Positions 23,249-30,568 of a stretch of DNA of 32,000 bases are shown in pieces. The number at the start of each line of letters is the position of its first letter. Position 1 is the first letter of the stretch. Source of the DNA: Candidatus Iainarchaeum sp. (GTDB taxonomy: Archaea > Iainarchaeota > Iainarchaeia > Iainarchaeales > JAZDEL01); NCBI GenBank assembly GCA_043808785.1, contig JAZDEL010000009.1, forward strand, positions 90,001-122,000. Direction: 5' to 3'. Below the pieces are notes generated by a model. That model was not told the origin of the DNA. It saw only the letters and a list, made by a program, of their open reading frames with translations, and ran no database searches. Position numbers and translations under genes: made by a program.

Positions 23249-24799
23249 CTACTCGCCCATCATATGGGCGCCGCTGACTGTTGCCCTTCCCCTTATGTGC
23301 GGCCCGCCGTTCCCTACCTTCATCGTCTGCATCGGCGTCCCCTTCCCGCAGTTGGGTATGTTGTAAAGCATGAAATCGTCCGCAACAGCATCGATGCTTT
23401 TCAGGAACTGGTAGCTGTCGCCCGTCACGCCGCCCATGCGGTAAAGCTGCGTCTGCTCGCCGTTCTCGATTTTATAAAGCTTCCAGCACGTGATTTTGAA
23501 ATTCTGCCTCGTCTCCCCGATGCTCGGGGTTTTGGCGCCGACCGCGTAATAGCCGGTGCGCGTTTCCCTGAAGAGCTCGTCCTTTTTCCATGTGCCAGGG
23601 GCAAAGCAGGTGTTGTTCATCCTTATTATCGGCACCATGTCCGCGGAGCATGCGCGCATCCCGCCGTTGGGTTCCCTGCCGAGCACTGCCGCGGTTTCCC
23701 TGCTGTTGAGGAACTCGTTAAGGACGCCCTTGTTTATGTTGAGGATTTTTTTCGCCTTTACGCCCTCATCATCGTACTTGTAATGCCCGAAGCCTTTTAT
23801 TGTGGGGTCGGAGAAAACCGTAACCTCTTTGCTTGCAACCTCCTGCCCGAACTTGTTATCATCAACGCCCCTGAACCACCACGCCCTGCCCGCCCACGCC
23901 GCCTCGCGTTTCAAAGCGCGGTCGGCCTCGCTCGGGTGCCCCGTGATTTCGTGGCTGAGCAGCGAGTTATACCAAGGGTCCGTGATAACCGTGACGTTCT
24001 CGGTTGCTTTCATGGCGGGGGCATTTGAAACTTCTATCGTGCCCTGCGCAATGAATTCGGCAAATTCCTCGATTGTCTTGCCGTGGGGATTTTCACCGTC
24101 GAAAACCTCGGTGCCTGCGAAATCCCCGAGGCTTTCCCCGAAGGTTTCCATCGCCTTGCCCCCCGCGGCAACAAAAATATACGCGTCCGCAAGCGCCTTT
24201 TCCTGGTCTATAAGCGCACCCTCGGTGCTCGCGAAAATTTTCCGCCCTATGCCTGCAACCATCCCGACGCTGTTTGTCGCAATGCCCTCAATCTTCTGCA
24301 GGTTTGCTGAAATATCCTCCGCACGCTTCGACATTTCCTCAAGCGAAAAATCGCGCGGGTCCTTCTTGAACTCGGCCTTAACCGTGTCGGTGTGGGCCTT
24401 TGCATCAGCCAGCCTCCCGCCCGTGAGCGATTTCCCGAACGCGGGGTATTTCTTTGCGAGCATTGCCTTGCATTTCAGGTTCGCCTTTGCGCGGGAAAAA
24501 GATATTTTCAGCATCTCCTTCGCCTGTTTATCGGCGTGCTCCAGCTGTTCCTTGCCCAGCACGCGGCCGCACATTCCGGCGGCGAAAAACTTTCCCGATT
24601 TTGCATATGCGCGCGCGCCTATCGCAATCCCGTAATCCTCGGCGGCGCCGCGCATGCCGCCCTTTATCGCCCCCGCACCCCTGCCCTCGAAGACCTCCAG
24701 CCTGAGGTCCGCATAATGCAGGGAAGGGCCCTTAAAGCCGGAAATAGCTGCGGCTACCTTGTCCTTGACATTGCCCAGGGATTCAATTGTGACTTCCAT
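23249..24799 (-). CDS. tldD: TldD-family zinc metalloprotease
   Basis: LSHEITGHPSE (HExxxH). Family-typical length. ATG 24799 is preceded by GGTGGAAG (SD-like). Confidence 0.92.
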   Translation of the reverse strand: MEVTIESLGNVKDKVAAAISGFKGPSLHYADLRLEVFEGRGAGAIKGGMRGAAEDYGIAIGARAYAKSGKFFAAGMCGRVLGKEQLEHADKQAKEMLKISFSRAKANLKCKAMLAKKYPAFGKSLTGGRLADAKAHTDTVKAEFKKDPRDFSLEEMSKRAEDISANLQKIEGIATNSVGMVAGIGRKIFASTEGALIDQEKALADAYIFVAAGGKAMETFGESLGDFAGTEVFDGENPHGKTIEEFAEFIAQGTIEVSNAPAMKATENVTVITDPWYNSLLSHEITGHPSEADRALKREAAWAGRAWWFRGVDDNKFGQEVASKEVTVFSDPTIKGFGHYKYDDEGVKAKKILNINKGVLNEFLNSRETAAVLGREPNGGMRACSADMVPIIRMNNTCFAPGTWKKDELFRETRTGYYAVGAKTPSIGETRQNFKITCWKLYKIENGEQTQLYRMGGVTGDSYQFLKSIDAVADDFMLYNIPNCGKGTPMQTMKVGNGGPHIRGRATVSGAHMMGE

Positions 24800-25021
24800 G
24801 CTTCCACCAATAAGCAACGGAACTAACTAGATTGGGAGGGTTCCAATAAAATAGGGCTTTTAGTGTTTATAAACCAATGCCCGCCCAGGCGCTTTTGCCG
24901 GGGCGCCGCGCCCCGGTGCCCTTTTTACCATAACCCTTGCCAGCCGAATTCTTTACTATAATATGGCGGATAACTGCATAGCGCAACGAATTATGGGCAA
25001 TTAATCGGCAAGCCCGCTGCG

Positions 25022-25279
25022 CTATATTGCATAAAGGGCTAAAATTGCCATGGTCGCGATAATTATCGCAAGTGACCAAAATAAAGGGCTGCCGCAAGTT
25101 TTTGATTTTTCGGCGTTATCTCTTGTGATTACATAGGCGATGTAAACCCAAACAGGCCCATACTGAGAAATAAAATCAAGCTGAACATTAAGAAAATATC
25201 TTGATACCGCTGCAAGCGCCAAAATGCAGGCCGCAGCTACAATGGAAATCTTTATTCCATTTGAAAATTTCATAGGCAT
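25022..25279 (-). CDS. Small membrane protein (about 3 TM), hypothetical
   Basis: MPMKFSNGIKISIVAAACILALAAV...PLFWSLAIIIATMAILALYAI. ATG 25279 lies 4 nt after the upstream small ORF stop. The region is AT-rich. Confidence 0.55.
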   Translation of the reverse strand: MPMKFSNGIKISIVAAACILALAAVSRYFLNVQLDFISQYGPVWVYIAYVITRDNAEKSKTCGSPLFWSLAIIIATMAILALYAI

Positions 25280-25283
25280 AACC

Positions 25284-25460
25284 TTAGTTGCATTTCCCCG
25301 CAATCCTTAAATAAATCATTATCAAAAGGAACACTATTGCCCAGGATTCGGGCAGTATGCTTTTGCCTGTAAGATATTTCACAAGCACCAAAAGAACAAT
25401 TGTTGCCAATAAACTCAAACAAGCCTCAAAATAAATTGCTTTTGAATTAATTTTTGCCAT
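25284..25460 (-). CDS. Small membrane protein (2 TM, 58 aa), hypothetical
   Basis: Hand-translated: MAKINSKAIYFEACLSLLATIVLLVLVKYLTGKSILPESWAIVFLLIMIYLRIAGKCN. A TATA-like CTTAATAAC (25482-25490) is centred about 26 nt upstream. Below the ORF-track cutoff. Confidence 0.5.
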   Translation of the reverse strand: MAKINSKAIYFEACLSLLATIVLLVLVKYLTGKSILPESWAIVFLLIMIYLRIAGKCN

Positions 25461-25574
25461 GTATATAGCAATTGAAGCGGAGTTATTAAGCTTATCTCTT
25501 GCGTGGCGTTACCTTGTGCCGCAGCGCCTTACGTGCCTGCGCTGCCTCGTGCTGCCCGCGCCCTTTAGGCGCCC

Positions 25575-27050
25575 CTACCTTGTGCTTCCTCTCCTTCTTA
25601 ACTCGCCGTTTGCAGCGCTCCCCTCCCACAGCCTTTTGAGGCTTGTGCGCGTGATTGCGTAGTATTTCCTCAGTTCGTTCGGGTCAGCAAATTTAAGTAT
25701 GTCAAGTTCGGGCGCGAACATCTCGCTGTACCTGTCCCTGCGCCTTATAAGTTTCAGTGTCCCGTCCTCCTTCACGAGCACTATCGGCGCGCGCTTGAGG
25801 GTGTTGAAGTTCGAGGCCATTACATTGCTGTATGCGCCGCAGTCCATTATCGCGAGCAGGTCGTCCTCCTCGAGTTCGGGCATCTCCCTGTGCCTGCCCA
25901 AAACGTCTATGCTGTCGCACGTGCATCCCGCGATGTGCCACTTGCCCTTTATCGGCCTGTTCATTTTTGTCGCGGGGATTATGTCGTAGTTCGCCTTGTA
26001 AATCAGCACATCGGGCACAAGGCCGTATGTGGAGCCGTCCACAACAACAACCTTTGTCTTGTTCAGCATTTTTTTGCTCACCACTTTCACAAGCGCCATT
26101 CCCGAATTTGCCGTGATAAACTTGCCCGGCTCGAAAATCAGCCTGGGCTGCGGGAGGTTGTACTGCGCAAGCAGCTTGTTGAAGTCCTTTACAAGCCGCT
26201 CGCCCATGTCCTCGGGTATGAAGAAGCTTTTCGAATTGTAATCCACGGGGAACCCCCCACCCAGGTCTATGAACTTAATCCTGCAGTTGTTGTCGTAGCA
26301 GAATTTCATGAGTTTCAGCATCTTCTCCGCGGCAATGCTGTAAATTTTCGGGTTGTATATGTATCCGCCGTGGAAGTGCAGCCCTACCAAATCTATGTGC
26401 TTCGCCTTTATCGCGAACATCAGCGCCTTTTTCACGGCGGGGTAAGGGATGCCGTACTGGTGGAGTTTCGTGGAGTAATGCCCCAGTTTTATGAGCGGAT
26501 TGACCCTTATGAAAGTGCGTATCCTTGTTTTGAGTTTTGCCCCCACCCTCTCGAACCTTTTCAGTTCCTCCATCGAGTCCGCGGTTATTGCCTGCACCCC
26601 CACCTCGGCGGCGAAAGCTATGTCCTCCTCCCTTTTGTAGAGGTTGGTGTATGTAATCTGCTTCGGCTCGAAATCCGCCAACAGCCCGAGTATTATCTCG
26701 CCCACGCTGCTTGCGTCAAACTCCATCCCTTCCTCGCGGGCAATCCTGATAATCTCGAGGTTGGAGTTGTTCTTCCCCGCGTACTGTATCCTGAGTTTCG
26801 GGTAGGGGAAGGCGCGCTGTATCCTGCGCATCCTGCTCCTCAATTCGCTTTCAATCATAACATGCAGCGGCGTGCCGAACTTCTGCGCGATGTGCCTGAC
26901 GGAATAGTCGTCTATGTACAGCATGCCGTTGCTGTCCTGGTATAAGTAACTCCACCTCGGCCTGAGGAACCTTTTTGAACTGGGTTTTCTTTTCATTTGC
27001 TTTTCCTTTCCGCTGTATTGCATGGTGACGGAGAAATCGCCATATTTCAA
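25575..27050 (-). CDS. Fold-III (Orn/DAP/Arg family) PLP-dependent decarboxylase; substrate not assignable
   Basis: YAGKNNSNLEIIRIA (PLP-Lys), HFHGGY, IDLGGGFP, EPGK, GCTCDSIDV, CGAYSNVMASNFN. Start is TTG 27050 (fits the TATA spacing), ATG 27023 or ATG 26996. Confidence 0.9.
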   Translation of the reverse strand: MKYGDFSVTMQYSGKEKQMKRKPSSKRFLRPRWSYLYQDSNGMLYIDDYSVRHIAQKFGTPLHVMIESELRSRMRRIQRAFPYPKLRIQYAGKNNSNLEIIRIAREEGMEFDASSVGEIILGLLADFEPKQITYTNLYKREEDIAFAAEVGVQAITADSMEELKRFERVGAKLKTRIRTFIRVNPLIKLGHYSTKLHQYGIPYPAVKKALMFAIKAKHIDLVGLHFHGGYIYNPKIYSIAAEKMLKLMKFCYDNNCRIKFIDLGGGFPVDYNSKSFFIPEDMGERLVKDFNKLLAQYNLPQPRLIFEPGKFITANSGMALVKVVSKKMLNKTKVVVVDGSTYGLVPDVLIYKANYDIIPATKMNRPIKGKWHIAGCTCDSIDVLGRHREMPELEEDDLLAIMDCGAYSNVMASNFNTLKRAPIVLVKEDGTLKLIRRRDRYSEMFAPELDILKFADPNELRKYYAITRTSLKRLWEGSAANGELRRRGSTR

Positions 27051-27070
27051 TTACCCAATATTACATGAAC

Positions 27071-27080
27071 TTTTTTAAAG
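27071..27080 (-). promoter_or_regulatory. TATA-like box for the decarboxylase gene
   Basis: The minus strand reads CTTTAAAAAA, centred about 26 nt upstream of TTG 27050. Confidence 0.4.
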
Positions 27081-27100
27081 GTTATTTGTTGGGGTTTTGC

Positions 27101-27502
27101 CTACATAAAGTCCTTCATCTTCCTGTGAAGTTTGAAAAAGTTCTTGCCATCCCATGAACCAAATAATTCCCGCTCCGAAAACGGCACATTGGCATCGGCC
27201 TCGATGGCGTGGAATTGAGGTTTCAGAGTTCCCGGCCCGTTAGGGTGAGCCGAACCCTGCGGATCTTTCGCCAGCCATATCTTGATGTTCTTATTATCGT
27301 CAACTATATGTGCATCACTTGGCGAAATCAAACAATGCATCCCGAGGTCATCATACTCATGCCTATTAGATTCTTGAGCTACAAGCGCCTTAAAACCCCT
27401 GAAACAGTCATGGCAAATTCTCGTGTCGATTCTGGTACGTATCTTCGGGATTAGTTTCTTCCATTGTTCGGGCGTTCTCCGCTTGAATGGCGTACGTGGC
27501 AT
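27101..27502 (-). CDS. Hypothetical protein (133 aa, orphan)
   Basis: Clean ORF with ATG 27502. More AT-rich than its neighbours. No secure motif. Confidence 0.6.
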   Translation of the reverse strand: MPRTPFKRRTPEQWKKLIPKIRTRIDTRICHDCFRGFKALVAQESNRHEYDDLGMHCLISPSDAHIVDDNKNIKIWLAKDPQGSAHPNGPGTLKPQFHAIEADANVPFSERELFGSWDGKNFFKLHRKMKDFM

Positions 27503-27523
27503 ACCAACAACTAACGCATCCCG

Positions 27524-27536
27524 AAAATAAAAATTT
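27524..27536 (-). promoter_or_regulatory. A/T block acting as T-rich terminator for the 56-aa gene and TATA-like box for the 133-aa gene
   Basis: The minus strand reads AAATTTTTATTTT, centred about 28 nt upstream of ATG 27502 and about 65 nt downstream of the 56-aa gene stop. Confidence 0.4.
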
Positions 27537-27598
27537 AACCCGTGCGGCGCGCAGGCGGCAAAGCCGAACCCCGCACGCGCACATTCGGTTTTTTTGCC

Positions 27599-27769
27599 TT
27601 ACTTTCCCTTCAGCATGGGCAGGCCTGTCTTCGGGTTCTCGACAACAATGAAGCCCGAGGGCAGGTCGATTGACTTCGCCTTGTTCAAAGTGCCGCCGAA
27701 GTAATAAAGCCTGCCGCTCTGGTGCAGGAAATATTTCTTCCCTTTAGAATTCACGTGTTCGTAAACCAT
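27599..27769 (-). CDS. Small soluble protein (56 aa), hypothetical
   Basis: AAGGAGGA lies 7 nt upstream of ATG 27769. Hand-translated: MVYEHVNSKGKKYFLHQSGRLYYFGGTLNKAKSIDLPSGFIVVENPKTGLPMLKGK. Below the ORF-track cutoff. Confidence 0.6.
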   Translation of the reverse strand: MVYEHVNSKGKKYFLHQSGRLYYFGGTLNKAKSIDLPSGFIVVENPKTGLPMLKGK

Positions 27770-27876
27770 GGAACCATCCTCCTTGAAGCAAGCGAAATGC
27801 TTTGCATAATTTAGGTTCCTTCCCCTTTTAAACCCTTCCCTGTGCGGTTCTGCGGCGCCTGCGGCTTCGGGAAAAG

Positions 27877-27886
27877 TTTAATATAC
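27877..27886 (+). promoter_or_regulatory. TATA-like box for the DHH phosphoesterase gene
   Basis: TTTAATATAC is centred about 27 nt before ATG 27909. Confidence 0.5.
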
Positions 27887-27908
27887 ATGCGGCGCATATT
27901 TAGATTCC

Positions 27909-28994
27909 ATGGAGAAAAGGCTTCTAAGGCGCTTCCGCGGCTTTGTGCAGGGCATAACCGCGCGCGACAGGGTGTGCGTGCTCTTCCATCCCGATGCGGA
28001 CGGTTTGTGTGCAGCGTTCATCGCCTCGAACGCGCTCAAAAAACTCCGCGGGAAAGGCGCCGACCTTGTGCATTTCCAGCCGCGCTCGGAAACAAGCGTG
28101 AGTGAAAAAACACTGCGCCTTCTGAAAAAGAAAAAATTCACGAAATTGATAGTTGTCGACCTTTCCGTCGACCAGAACCCCGCCACGGTGCGCAGGGCGG
28201 CGAAATTCCTTGACGTTCTTGTTATCGACCACCATAAAATATATGCCGACCTCAATTCCGCACATACGGTTTTCCTCAAGCCGCAGCTTCTCGGCCGGGG
28301 GGATGCGGCATCATATCCCGCCTCGAAGCTGTGCTTTGATTTGTTCAGCAGTGTTGTCGGCCTCAGCGACCTGCGCTGGATTGCAGCCGTAGGCATCATA
28401 GGCGACAATGCGGAGAAGCGCTGGCGTGCCTTCATAAATTCGGTGCCGCGCAGGAACAGGATTTCGGTAAAAAACCTGCGCTGCCTCGAGGGCGTTATTT
28501 CGGGCGTGGAATCGATGAGGCAGGGCATGCTTATCTCGCTCTTCAAAGAACTCTGCAAAATTGGCAAGCCCGCTGATTTGTGCCATTCCAAGTTCTACGC
28601 GCTGAAGAAAAAGCTCGACAGGGAAATCGCGCTCCTTGAGAAAAAGTTCAGGAGGGGTGTGGAGAAATTCCCCGCACTGGGCTTGGAATATTTCCAGTTC
28701 TCCAGCCCATTTAACATAAAATCCGCGCTGATAAACAGGCTGAGCAAACGGAAGCCGCACACAACATTCATTTTCGTTCAGGATTCGGGAAAAAGCACGC
28801 TCTCGTTCAGCGCGCGCAGGCAGGATGGCAGGGTAAGGGTTAACGACCTTCTTGAGAAGGCTGTTAAAGGGCTGAAGGGCGCGAGCGCGGGCGGGCACGC
28901 GCCTGCTGCTGCGGGAAGGGTAATGCGGCGGGATTTGGGGGAGTTTAAGGAGAGGGTTATTTCCCTGCACCCTAAAGAGAAAAAATTTACGTGA
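27909..28994 (+). CDS. DHH/DHHA1-family phosphoesterase (RecJ/NrnA-like)
   Basis: VLFHPDADGLCAA (DHH motifs I-II), VLVIDHH (motif III), GGHAPAAAG (DHHA1 GGGH-like). Confidence 0.9.
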   Translation: MEKRLLRRFRGFVQGITARDRVCVLFHPDADGLCAAFIASNALKKLRGKGADLVHFQPRSETSVSEKTLRLLKKKKFTKLIVVDLSVDQNPATVRRAAKFLDVLVIDHHKIYADLNSAHTVFLKPQLLGRGDAASYPASKLCFDLFSSVVGLSDLRWIAAVGIIGDNAEKRWRAFINSVPRRNRISVKNLRCLEGVISGVESMRQGMLISLFKELCKIGKPADLCHSKFYALKKKLDREIALLEKKFRRGVEKFPALGLEYFQFSSPFNIKSALINRLSKRKPHTTFIFVQDSGKSTLSFSARRQDGRVRVNDLLEKAVKGLKGASAGGHAPAAAGRVMRRDLGEFKERVISLHPKEKKFT

Positions 28995-29016
28995 GCCGTT
29001 GCTTGTTCGTTTTGGT

Positions 29017-29310
29017 TCATCTTATCTTGGCAAGGTATTTCTTAAGGCCCCCGTAGTCATTTTTCCTCTCGAGAATACAGACAAGGATTATGTTCGGCTC
29101 AAGAACCGCATAAATAAGCCGTGTTTCTTTCCCCCCGAGGCTCAGCCTCACCCTGAAAACACGCCTGAACTTCCCGGAATGGATGCGCTTGAAATGAAAC
29201 GGGTCGGATTTTATTAATTCAATTTTGTTCCGAATAATGCCTCTGGATTTTTCATCCAGCCCTTTGACCTGCTCCAGAAAGCAGTCAAGCGCCTTTATCT
29301 GGAAGGTCAT
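29017..29310 (-). CDS. RelE/ParE-family type II toxin
   Basis: 97 aa. Family-like pattern: IELIKSDPFHFKRIHSGKFRRVFRVRLSLGGKETRLIYAVLEPNIILVCILERKNDY. The start overlaps the antitoxin stop (ATGA). Confidence 0.8.
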   Translation of the reverse strand: MTFQIKALDCFLEQVKGLDEKSRGIIRNKIELIKSDPFHFKRIHSGKFRRVFRVRLSLGGKETRLIYAVLEPNIILVCILERKNDYGGLKKYLAKIR

Positions 29311-29561
29311 CCCAGCGCCTTCGCCAGTTCCTTCTCGTCCCTGACCTTGCCCGCCTTTATGGATTTCTCAATGAGGGAGTCTATGAACCCTATCTCCCTT
29401 CCCGAGAAGGATTCGTCAAATTCGCCCCTCTCGAAAATCTTCTCCCGCAGGCACTCCGCCGCGAGGTCCTGCACGTTCCTGTAACCATATGCCCCTGCAA
29501 AGGATTCCGCGGCATCCGCCAGGTTCTTGGAAAGTTTCAGGTTTATCTGCTTGGTAGCCAT
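29307..29561 (-). CDS. Ribbon-helix-helix (CopG-like) antitoxin
   Basis: ATG 29561. The N-terminal KQINLKLSKNLADAAESFAGAYGYRNVQDLAAECLREKI fits strand-helix-helix. 4-nt overlap with the toxin gene. The longer ORF-track start (29738) is unsupported. Confidence 0.75.
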   Translation of the reverse strand: MATKQINLKLSKNLADAAESFAGAYGYRNVQDLAAECLREKIFERGEFDESFSGREIGFIDSLIEKSIKAGKVRDEKELAKALG

Positions 29562-29577
29562 AGATACTGATAGATAC
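29561..29577 (-). promoter_or_regulatory. Direct 7-nt repeat between the TATA box and the antitoxin start (candidate operator)
   Basis: The plus strand reads TAGATAC-TGA-TAGATAC. The first copy abuts or overlaps the start codon. Confidence 0.35.
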
Positions 29578-29583
29578 CCCGAA

Positions 29584-29593
29584 CTATTTAAAG
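29584..29593 (-). promoter_or_regulatory. TATA-like box for the toxin-antitoxin operon
   Basis: The minus strand reads CTTTAAATAG, centred about 27 nt upstream of ATG 29561. Confidence 0.5.
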
Positions 29594-29764
29594 ATTTCGC
29601 TTTCGCGTTTTCACGGATTCCCGTATTTTTCCCGTTCCTGCAGAGGCTGCGCGGCATGATGCCTAGCCTAAGATGTTTCGGCGCATTTAAAAATATGCGC
29701 GGGGTGCATTTCCGCTGCAAATTAGCCGGCGCATGCACTTACTCAAACGCGCGCTCGGGCGCGG

Positions 29765-30541
29765 TTATTTTTCCCCTTTCAAAAACCCGAAAGCGCCCCT
29801 GAACAGCCGCATCCCGCCCCCTTCCATGGGCATCTGCACACGCGTCGAGTGCGGGTGATTAAGCATCGAGTGGCTCTTCTCCGGGTGGGGCATCATTCCG
29901 AGCACGCGGCCGCTCTCGTCGCAAATGCCTGCAATGCCGTCAACCGAACCGTTCGGGTTTTTGCCTTTGTATTTGAACACAACCAAATCCTTGCGATAGA
30001 GCTCCTTTAGCACTTCCCCACTTGCGGGAACAAACCTGCCCTCCCCGTGGTTGATGGGGCATTCGATTGTTTTTATTCCATGGACCATTCCGCAGGCTTT
30101 TTTGTTCACGTTCTCCATCTCTATCCACTCGTCCTGGAACCTGCCGCTTGTGTTAAAAGTGAGCGTAACCTGCTGTTCGCCGTATTTTCCGCCCAAAGCA
30201 GGAAGCAGGCCTGCCTTAACAAGCACCTGAAAGCCGTTGCATATGCCGAGCACGCTGCCGCCCGAGGAGATGAAATCAGGCACCTCCCTGCCAAGCCTGT
30301 AAGTGAGCTTGTTTGCGAGTATCTTCCCCGAGCCGAGGTAATCGCCGTCAGCAAACCCGCCGGGGATAACGAGCAGTGAATAATCATCCAGCCTCTTGTC
30401 CTTATTTATAAGCCTGTTCACATGCACTGCCTCCGCCTCGAAGCCCGCAAGGTTCAGGCAGTAAAGCGTTTCGTAATCGCAGTTCGTGCCCGCAGTGCGC
30501 AGCACAATTGCGCGCGGCTTTTCCCTTGTTTCAGCAGCCAT
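29765..30541 (-). CDS. purQ: Phosphoribosylformylglycinamidine synthase, glutaminase subunit
   Basis: VLGICNGFQVL (nucleophile Cys), GMMPHPEKS (His/Glu region). 258 aa. Lies 27 nt downstream of purL. Confidence 0.95.
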   Translation of the reverse strand: MAAETREKPRAIVLRTAGTNCDYETLYCLNLAGFEAEAVHVNRLINKDKRLDDYSLLVIPGGFADGDYLGSGKILANKLTYRLGREVPDFISSGGSVLGICNGFQVLVKAGLLPALGGKYGEQQVTLTFNTSGRFQDEWIEMENVNKKACGMVHGIKTIECPINHGEGRFVPASGEVLKELYRKDLVVFKYKGKNPNGSVDGIAGICDESGRVLGMMPHPEKSHSMLNHPHSTRVQMPMEGGGMRLFRGAFGFLKGEK

Positions 30542-30568
30542 TTTTTCACCATTCGCCTTTCCCGCAAT

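Noticed and set aside
24898-24929. A GC-rich hairpin CCGGGGCG-CCG-CGCCCCGG followed by a T5 run on the plus strand, which looks like a bacterial-style intrinsic terminator.
   Set aside because: No plus-strand gene or convincing promoter-to-terminator unit lies upstream. It sits between two minus-strand genes and may simply be a structural spacer. The evidence is too thin for a feature call.
27101-27502. An HNH-endonuclease-like N-terminus (LIPKIRTRIDTRICHDCF) in the 133-aa orphan.
   Set aside because: The downstream HNH elements (His-Asn/His and the second Cys pair) are not found.
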